Below are positions 54,581 through 64,000 of a DNA stretch of 64,000 bases, in pieces. Location of the stretch: contig OZ024742.1 of assembly GCA_964016885.1 (NCBI GenBank), forward strand, positions 29,760,001 through 29,824,000, written 5' to 3'. The first letter of the stretch is position 1. Every line of letters begins with the position of its first letter. The DNA comes from Eledone cirrhosa. Lineage: Eukaryota. The notes beneath the pieces are model-generated. The model made no database searches. It saw nothing but the letters and a program-made list of their open reading frames with translations, and was not told the origin of the DNA. The translations under genes were made by a program, and so were the position numbers.

Positions 54581-57168
54581 AAGTGTTATTCCATAGTGGA
54601 AGTATTACAAATTTTCTAATTTGCGGAATGATACGATCAATAATCTTTTTGCTGATATTGCCGATATCAGATTTTGATGGGCATATCAGTCTAATAGATG
54701 GGTTCGAGTTAAAGTCAGATGTATGGTCTTTCAGGTTGAAGTGCGGGCTTTTAGGCGTGAAAGGCTCAGTCCTATCTTCAATCTGGAGCTTTTTTACTAT
54801 ATCACGTGATATGTTGTTCAAGGATGTTAGTGCGGTGGTATTTGCTTTCTTATAGTTTTTTCTAAGTTCTTTTTATATGACCTGGTTATATTTATCGATA
54901 TCCATGTGGTACAAGTTACCAGTTTTGTCAGAATGGACATGGACCTTGTTTGAATTTTTCAGTTGTAGAAGGGTAGAGTCCAATCCCTTTTGGAATTCTG
55001 ATTTGTGTTTTCTGATAACACTTCCAACTAAGGGATAACACTTCCCAAGTTATTGAATGGTTCACTAGCATTGGGAATAAAAACTCAGCTTCATTCATTC
55101 AATTCGACATCGATTCTTACTATTCTTCGATTTCTCTAATTCTTTTAAACAAAGCACTGATCTTTGCCAGAAATAGATCGGATTTATCTACTGAGGAAAT
55201 CAACATCATAACTCACGTTAGAAAAACCTTACTAAACTTCCAAGAAGAATACTGGACAAGAAACACATATAACAAGCTATTCGATATTACGATCGGATCC
55301 ATGGACTCTGCTCAAGTTACAGACCTCGTTGGACTATTTCTCCTCTATAACATTCATGACTCTTTTCCCCACCTCAAAGGTGGTCTTTATCGGGATGATT
55401 GTCTATTGTTATCTAACAATCTTAGCAATTCCAATATAGAGGAAAACAAAAAACAAATTAGAAAATTCCTCAAAGACTATTACAGCCTTAGCATCACTTT
55501 TGAAAACACTTCAAAAGTAGCTAATTTCCTTGACGTTACCTTAGACCTCTCTACGAATACTTATCAACCTTACCACAAACCTAACCAGAATCTACATTAT
55601 GTACATTCACGATCTAACCACCCTGGCTCTATACTCAAGAACTTAGTATATAACATATCTCTTAGACTTTCTAAATTATCTTCCAATGAAATTATATTTT
55701 ATAATAATGCACCCTTCTACAACGAGGCCTTAACTAGAAGTGGATATAAAGAGAAAAATCTCATATATCCCCAAAACTACTATGGACCAAAACATAAAAC
55801 CTAGCAAAAACTACGAACACCAAAAAATACCATTGAAACAAATACCTAAAGTGGTTATTCCTATTACACCAAACAACCGAAAAACCACAACAACTATTAC
55901 TACACGATCTATGACCAATGTTATCAACCCACATATGAATACCAAGCACTCAAAATCTCATAGTCTACCCAAAAATAACACCAAATACAACCACGGTAGT
56001 TTACCAAATTCCACAAATACGGATACTAACCATAGGAATTCTTCTAGAACACAACACATTAATATAAGTGGTAATAAGAACTTAACTAAAAACCGCAAAA
56101 GAAACATAACATGGTTCAACGCACCCTTCAACCTGTAAACTATTGGACAAATCCCAAAAAAAATTTTTGAAATTCTACATAAACATTTTCCACCAAACCA
56201 CAGATACCACCAAATATTTAACAAATATACTGTTAAATTCTCATACTCTACATCAAGCAATCTCCAGCAAAAAATAAGCAACTACAACATTTATAAACTT
56301 TAAAATAATATGACCACACCACCACAACATAATTTAAATAGGACTGCAACCTTTTAAAAAGGCAAATAATACAATCCTTCAACCTAGAAAACACAACCAC
56401 CCAAATCACCAACACGAAAACAACAGAACACAAAATCACAATACAACCCTAGCACCAAACCACCCACAAAGCAACCTTCATTCTCCTGCTATCATTAATT
56501 ACAATAGGAATAGCTCAAGTATTGATGAGATTAGTATGGCTGTAATTGCAGAAATAGAAGCATTTGCCCCTTAAATGGCAACTGTTTGATTAATAATGTA
56601 ATATATAAATGCACTGTGTCTACTACAGACTCCAACAAAACATATATAGGATCTACATCAAACACATTTAGGAAGAGATTTTACGCAGACTCTAGTAGTT
56701 TCAACAATACTAAACTAGCTAACACCACATATTTAGCTGAAGCGGTAAATAATTATAAAAAGAAAAAAAATAGATTTCAAGTTATCGTGGAACACCATTC
56801 TACAAATAACTCCATATCTTGGGAACAGGAGGGAATGTAGATTATGTTCAGGGGAGATCTTGGAAATTACTAAATCTAAGGACGATTTATTAAATAAAGG
56901 ACATAGTTTGTAATCACAGTATACGAAGAACATTTAAATACTATAAACCTAATTAAATATTCTAAATAGCAACTCACTATAATTCTATATAGAGTGACAT
57001 TTATTACTACCCCTTTCCCCTAATTATATGCATTCATGGTTATTTTTTACCTTTTAATGTTTTAGCTTCCATAGGTTTATGCGTTAATGACTAAAGGCAA
57101 CAAGGTACACAACCACCCGTAATTGCATGAATAAATATATATCTATGTATGATATGGAAATATATTTA

Positions 57169-57199
<31 letters not shown>

Positions 57200-57257
57200 T
57201 TATGTATGTGCATATATGTATGTATGTATATATATATGTATATGTATGTGTGTGTGT

Positions 57258-57297
<40 letters not shown>

Positions 57298-57420
57298 TTG
57301 CGTGTGTGTATATGTGAGTATAGGTGTATGAGTGTTTATATATGAGTGTGTGTACATGTATGAGGAGTGTACATACACACACATATATATGTATGTGTGT
57401 GTGTATATATATATATATGA

Positions 57421-57460
<40 letters not shown>

Positions 57461-58562
57461 ATATGTATATATATATGTATGTATGTGTGTGTATATAAAT
57501 ATATATGTATATATGTGGGTATAGGTGTGTATGTGTGGATATAGATATGTATGGATATATATGTATATGATTATGTGCATATGTGTAAATGTGTATTTAG
57601 GTTTGCATCTATTTGTGCGTATGTATATTTTTGGTTTGATATCAATATAACTGCACCTCTCTCTATATGTGGTGTGAATATATGCACTTTGTAATCTATG
57701 AAATGTATGTGTTTTAACTATGCCAACATGTATTTATCTGAGTTTTATTATTTATGCATAAACATACTTGATAGTATTTTAGAGCGTATCATATGCTGTA
57801 TTATACTAAGTGCAATTTACCACACCGTACTATATTGTGTTGGTTAAGTTGTATATTATCGCATTACGTATTTAATTATCTTTTCATCTTTTAATATACT
57901 ATCTTTCCTAGCCATAACCTTAATTTATATTCACCTAAAAACTCAATACAACACTAATCACCATTTATTTTGACATTCTTTTTAACTTCACTATACCAGA
58001 TACATTCAACTATCAGTTTGACAATCCCTTTCCTCCTAATAGATTTTTATGCCAATTCTACTATTAACACCATTCAACCATTCCTTTCAAAGGGGGATGA
58101 TCTCAACTAAAGTGTATTACTTTTCATCTTAACACCATATGAAAAAAACAATTTGATTCGTTAGTTCTTTAAATACTTCCAAATAAGGACATGATACTAA
58201 CATACTAATAATTCTGAATAAAATTATTATTGAATAAAATTATTATTGCTTTTGGAAACAGCTGGTGATATGCATGTAAGTAAATATTCTCTTTATCTGA
58301 TATTTTGTAACTAACCTTATATAGATCAATAACGGAGTATAGCTACAATGTATTATCATCATCTAGAAACGATCGTAAAGCAGTGAAGTATATCTTTAAT
58401 GACATGAATTTTTGTTTCATTGTTTTAACTTATATCATGACTCTGTTTTCCTTTTAATGTTTTATTGTTTTCCGAGATTTATCTTAACCTACAACATTTT
58501 CAACATATGGATTACATCGAGTTCTTCATGCAGAATAGACCCCACAACTTACTGTGGATACC

Positions 58563-58568
<6 letters not shown>
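54581..58568 (+). mobile_element. Decayed Penelope-like element with inverted 5' segment (54581-55014, -), RT, GIY-YIG (to ~56960) and 3' UTR/pseudo-LTR
   Basis: SDKTGNLY, LKDH...RLICPSKSDIG (minus); FIQFDIDSYYSSI, GSMDSAQVTDLVG, GLYRDD, NFLDVTLDL, SNHP, RKRNITWFN, CNCRNRSICPLNGNC, NVIYKCTV...YIGST (plus); ends at (TA)n. Confidence 0.9.
58243..58386 (+). ncRNA. Decayed long-stem-II hammerhead in the PLE pseudo-LTR
   Basis: TTATTGCTT-TTGGAAA-[long hairpin]-GAAA-CGATCG-TA-AAGCAGTGA; core looks like U3:A8 with A6 mutated to G. Confidence 0.55.
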
Positions 58569-58601
<33 letters not shown>

Positions 58602-58686
58602 ACGTGTGTATGTGTGTGTATGTGTGTATATATATATGTATATATATATATGTATATATATATGTATGCGTGTGTATGTATTTGTA

Positions 58687-58799
<113 letters not shown>

Positions 58800-59296
58800 T
58801 TGTATGTATATATATTTATGTGTGTGAGTTTATTTATGTTTATATTATACTTATATATGGTTCTATGTGTGTTTACGTATATAGTTGTGTGTATACAGGT
58901 TGTATATATGCTTTTGTTTTTGTCTGTATAGTCTTACGTATGGTTTTGTATGCGTGTGTTGATTTCTTATTACGTACGAGTGCGCGCACGCATGTGTATA
59001 TGTTTGTACGTAGGTTTTATACCGATGCTCTTTTTTGTAGTGTTTATGCGTGTGTTAGTATATTTGGTGGTATGCATGTTTTTATATACGTGTGTATGCG
59101 TGTGTATGTGTATGCGTATATGTATTTTTGCACGCATGTGTATGTGAATTTGTACGTATGTTTATTTTATATTTCATATTTTTATATTTTTGTGTATATA
59201 TATATATATGTATATATAGATACATTTGTGTATGTGTTTTTATAAGTGTGTATGAGTATTTCTGCATGTTTGTGTGTGTGTGTGCGTGTGTATGTA

Positions 59297-59358
<62 letters not shown>

Positions 59359-59368
59359 AACAAGTAAG

Positions 59369-59428
59369 ACCCCGACGGCTGAGCTCAAGCCGTTTCTGGT
59401 ATTTAAATAGCCGAGCTTATCAAGGGGT
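59369..59428 (-). ncRNA. U3:A8 hammerhead ribozyme, stem II partly deleted
   Basis: ACCCC-TTGATAA-...-GAAA-CGGC-TTGAGCTCA-GCCG-TC-GGGGT; ends near (TA)n; upstream sequence homologous to 63715-63826. Confidence 0.7.
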
Positions 59429-59806
59429 AATTCCATATATAGTCAAAGAGATAATCACCAGGATTGGTCACATCACAAGTTAGTAGTAAATCTGTGATGG
59501 CAAATTGGTGAGGGAAGGGGTAGCTGAACCTGCCGATCGGAGAAAAAGGGAGAGGGAAAGGAGTAGACCCATTCATGCGGTGGTAGTGCCGGCTACAGCT
59601 GGGTGTGAGGTCAAAGAGGATACTGGGGAGGGGGAGGAAGTCGAAACGGTAAGTAGAACAACGGGGGGGTAAAACTATAAAAAGTACTGAGAGAGAAAAA
59701 AAAAAGCAAAGTCTGGTTACTAAGACTTAAGTCGCTAGGCTAAAGAAATACATTAATAAATAAATAAACAAATAAGTGAATAAAAGAATAGATAAATTAA
59801 TTTTTA

Positions 59807-59839
<33 letters not shown>

Positions 59840-60320
59840 GAAGAATAAAAAAATAAATAAAAATAAACTAGGTGGGACGGAATTAAAGGGACCCTTATAC
59901 GAGGTATAAGTGCGTGTATCGTACGGTGACGGGTCAACAAAGGGGGGGGGGGGGGGGGGGCCAAAATACTAAAGAGACTGCCACGAAATAATAAAGGTTT
60001 CTACCCCAATCACAGGGCCAGCAACCACCCAGAGCAAGAAAGTAAACTAGTACGAGAATATAATTCAGGGTCCCGCAAAAAAATACTCGTGCTAACTCTA
60101 AGGGTACCGCCACGAAACAAAATGTCTTATACAAGCTACATGAAAGATCGTACAAAGTAAAAGTAAAGAACGGAAAATTAATACAGAACCACCCCCCCCC
60201 GGGGGGGGGGGGGAGAAATACTGGATAAACGAGAAATTAAAGCAAAGATGCCACTAAGAAATATAGAAGGCACGGAAAAAAGGGACAGCGGTCGGAGAAG
60301 GGGGCAAGTATCCGAAGTCT

Positions 60321-60520
60321 NNNNNNNNNNNNNNNNNNNNNNNNNNNNNNNNNNNNNNNNNNNNNNNNNNNNNNNNNNNNNNNNNNNNNNNNNNNNNNNN
60401 NNNNNNNNNNNNNNNNNNNNNNNNNNNNNNNNNNNNNNNNNNNNNNNNNNNNNNNNNNNNNNNNNNNNNNNNNNNNNNNNNNNNNNNNNNNNNNNNNNNN
60501 NNNNNNNNNNNNNNNNNNNN
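60321..60520. other. Assembly gap (200 N)
   Basis: Run of N. Confidence 1.
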
Positions 60521-61915
60521 ACTATGGACCAAAATATAAAACCTAGTAAAATCTACAAACACCAAAAAATACCATTGAAACAAATACCTAAAGTGGTTAT
60601 TCCTATTACACCAAACAACCGAAACACCACAACAACTATTACTACACGATCTATGACCAATGTTATCAACCCACATATGAATACCAAGCACTCAAAATCT
60701 CATAGTCTACCCAAAAATAACACCAAATACAACCACGGTAGTTTACCAAATTCCACAAATAGGGATACTAACCATAGGAATTCTTCTAGAACACAGCACA
60801 TTAATATAAGTGGTAATAAGAACTTAACTAAAAACCGCAAAAGAAACATAACATGGTTCAACGCACCCTTCAACCTGTAAACTATTGGACAAATCCCAAA
60901 AAAATTTTTTGAAATTCTACATAAACATTTTCCACCAAACCACAGATACCACCAAATATTTAACAAATATACTGTTAAATTCTCATACTCTACATCAAAC
61001 AATCTCCAGCAAAAAATAAGCAACTACAACATTTATAAATTTTAAAATAATATGACCACACCACCACAACATAATTTAAATAGGACTGCACCTTTAAAAG
61101 AACAAATAATACAATTCTTCAACCTGGAAAACACAACCACCCAAATCACCAACACGAAAACAACATAATACAAAATCACAATACAACCCTAGCACTAAAC
61201 CACCCACAAACCAACCTTCATTCTCCCGCTAATATTAATTACAATAGGAATAGCTTAAGGATTAATGAGAAAGGATTAATGAGAAAGGTACCCCCAACAA
61301 CCATCTTACGTATGGTTGTAATTGCAGAAATAGAAGCATTTGCCCCTTAAATGGCAACTGTTTGATTAATAATGTAATATATAAATGCACTGTGTCTACT
61401 ACTGACTCCAACAAAACATATATAGCATATACATCGAACACATTTAAGAAAAGATTTTACGCACACTCTAGTCGTTTTAAGAATACTAAACTAGTTAACA
61501 CCACATCTTTAGCTGAAGCAGTAAATAACTATAAAAAGAAAAAATAGATTTCAAGCTATCATGGAATACCATTCTGCAAAGAACTCCATATCTTGGGAAC
61601 AGGAAAGAATGCAGGTTATGTTCAGGTGAGATCTTGGAAATTACTAAATCTAAGGACGATTTATTGAATAAAAGACAGGAACTGATTATAGTTTGTAATC
61701 ACCGTATACGAAAAAATTATAGCAACTCACTATAATTCTATGTAGCGTAACATTTGTTAGTACCCCTTTCCCCTAATTATACGCATTCATGCTTATTTCT
61801 TACCTTTTAATGTTTTAGCTTCCTTAGATTTATGAGTTAATGACTAGGGACAACAAGGTACACAACCACCCGTAATTGCATGAGTAAATATGTATCTATG
61901 TATGTATGATATGGG
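60521..61915 (+). mobile_element. Second copy of the PLE linker/GIY-YIG region (paralogous to ~55779-57160)
   Basis: Colinear near-identity with scattered substitutions and indels; shares the stop after WFNAPFNL. Confidence 0.9.
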
Positions 61916-62038
61916 AATATATATATATATATATGTATGTGTGTGTATGTGTGTATATGCGAGTATATGTGTATGAGTGTGTTTTTATGTGTGTGTGTAC
62001 ATGTATGTGTGTGTACATATATATATATATGTGTATAG

Positions 62039-62102
<64 letters not shown>

Positions 62103-62108
<6 letters not shown>

Positions 62109-62802
62109 AAGAATTCATATCTAGTAACATATATATACATACAGATGCATATCAAAGCTAGCAAATATATAGGTTTTGTCTTAATAACAGTGTGGTTCAA
62201 TGCATGGGGTTGCAGAACAATAATATAAGAGACGTAAATTATAAAATTAACTTACTTACTAAAATATCACTTCCAACTAATTAGTTTCTGGAATGGAGTA
62301 AATATATTTTCCGAAGAATAATATGGAGAAGCATTCCGTCGTCAGGAAAGTCTATTCTCATGTAAGTTTCCAGGCAAAGCGAGGACACTGGAAACTTATT
62401 AAAAAATAATTCAGTGGATAGGAAATAGCGAAGCGTGGACTGAATTCCAAGCCATTGAGAAAATCACTGCCTCTACGTCTGTGGCAAATTCAAAAAGAAT
62501 CGAACACGTGACATCGAGGTCAATCAGTGGAAAGTGGTTTGCTAATAAGACAGCGGCCTGCCTACAACCGTAGCAGCAGTCATGGCCAATATTGCTCGAC
62601 AAATAATTTGGAGATAATAATAAAGAATTCATATCTAGTAACATATATATACGTCTCTTATATTATTGTTCTGCAACCCCATGCATTGAACCACACTGTT
62701 ATTAAGACAAAACCTATATATTTGCTAGCATTGATATGCATCTGTATGTATATATATGTTACTAGATATGAATTCTTTATTATTATCTCCAAATTATTTG
62801 TC
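62103..62802 (-). mobile_element. HHR-bearing pseudo-LTR with nested inverted copies
   Basis: 62103-62235 and 62598-62650 are both reverse complements of parts of 62650-62802; abuts (TA)n. Confidence 0.75.
62269..62351 (-). ncRNA. Type I hammerhead ribozyme, palindromic stem III
   Basis: ACTTTC-CTGACGA-C.GGAAT...ATTCC.A-GAAA-CTAATTAG-TT-GGAAGT. Confidence 0.75.
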
Positions 62803-63574
62803 AGCATAATCTGTAAAGTAAGCCCCCATAATAACTGTAAAACTAGAAACATAGTATATAGCATAAGATGTACTGAGGGACAATGTAAAGATAAAAATAT
62901 AGTGTACCGAGGTGAGACAGCTCGTAGCATAGGTGAACGATTAAATGAACACTGGCGAGAACTCCAAGATAGAAAAGACTCATCAGTTCTCCACCAGCAT
63001 GCTAAAATAGAACATAAGGGCAAATTAGAGAACATAGGAATAAAAATAAAATATACACACAGAAAAGACGCAATGTTTAGACAAATCACAGAGGCAATAA
63101 ACATAAATGAACTCCAACCAAAATTAAATAGAAAACATGAATGGAATAGCAACATCACAACTTACAATTAAGAACAAAATGAAAACACACACACACATAG
63201 AACAAACAACCAACCAGTAACATGTAAATAAACAAATAAAAACACACAGACACCCGGATGTAACACTTGCGCAAACTAAGCACACAACACACACAAAAGT
63301 AAGATGGCGTAGGACAGAACAAAGGAGAGGCACAAAACAAAGAAAAGAATCCCCAGTCACTTATGAGGTCACAGAATGTGTGACGAAAGAACTTTGATAA
63401 TATATGAACAACCATCCGGTTGTGGAACCAACCAACCAACGGGAAATTTATAATAAATTGAATTGAAAGCAACTGGTGCGTGTGTTTCTTATTGGCAACA
63501 TGACCCTCCCAAAGTATAACAATATCGGTTTCAACACACGTTTTCAGATAAAGAATCTTGCTAAACAAATTCAG

Positions 63575-63577
<3 letters not shown>
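62803..63577 (+). mobile_element. 5'-truncated PLE (GIY-YIG; Naiad-like by recollection) with 3' UTR and decayed HHR
   Basis: CKTRNIVYSIRC...YRGETARSIGERLNEH...RQITEA...LNRKHEW (stop 63171); ends at (TA)n. Confidence 0.85.
63356..63398 (+). ncRNA. Minimal hammerhead, G5 mutated
   Basis: GTCA-CTTATGA-G-GTCACA-GAATG-TGTGAC-GAAA-G-AA-C-TT-TGAT. Confidence 0.55.
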
Positions 63578-63610
<33 letters not shown>

Positions 63611-63618
63611 AAGTATGA

Positions 63619-63712
63619 CCCCGACGGCAGAGCACAAGCCGTTTCGACGGCTATTTCTGGACTAAATTAGAATTTTTAGCCTGGTGAATAAATAGCCGAA
63701 CTTATCAAGGGG
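63619..63712 (-). ncRNA. Type I hammerhead ribozyme, U3:A8 core variant
   Basis: CCCC-TTGATAA-G..CGGCTATTT...AAATAGCCG.C-GAAA-CGGC-TTGTGCTCT-GCCG-TC-GGGG; GUC triplet; about 12 nt from (TA)n. Confidence 0.8.
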
Positions 63713-64000
63713 GTACTTCCTTATATGGGAAAATTGTAGTTGTCAAGAGGATTGGTTAAAATTTGTTGTAAACACAAATAAGTCTATCATGGCATTTGGT
63801 GGGAGGTAGGGGTGGCTGAACTTGCCTGTAGAACAATAGGGGAGTGAGTGGAGCGGTCAAGCGTTGAAAGAGATATGTATACAGCAGATTCTAAGGATAA
63901 GGTATGAAGTGGAGGAGGGAGGTTATAGAATAGGTAAATCGAATGAGAGTAGGAGACAATAAAAGATAATAGAAAGAAATAAAAAAAATATATAAAATTA

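Noticed and set aside
62527-63171. Single 214-aa protein; SECIS element in the downstream UTR
   Set aside because: The N-terminal half is inverted non-coding repeat; no in-frame UGA or SECIS-like pairing found by eye.

Overview
Eukaryotic, AT- and microsatellite-rich non-coding DNA. It is most likely an octopod cephalopod, inferred only from SINE families I recognise from memory. I find no intact host gene. The window is a mosaic of decayed transposons: two near full-length and one truncated Tx1-clade LINE, two Dong/R4-like and one CRE-like restriction-like-endonuclease LINE fragments, several Penelope-like element (PLE) fragments, three tRNA-derived SINE families, hAT, mariner and Helitron remnants, satellites and a 200-N gap. 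The main hidden signal, read by eye, is about 15 type I hammerhead ribozyme (HHR) motifs of several families, mostly in short islands inside or abutting (TA)n arrays. They include U3:A8 compensatory core variants, recurrent non-canonical 10.1-11.1 pairs, a ~70-bp ribozyme-only island, and associated fold-back palindromes and inverted pseudo-LTRs. Retroelements also seem to partition by microsatellite: PLE/HHR units at (TA)n, Dong/Tx1/SINE at (ATT)n, another Tx1 at (GATA)n. All folds and family assignments are manual and need computational confirmation.
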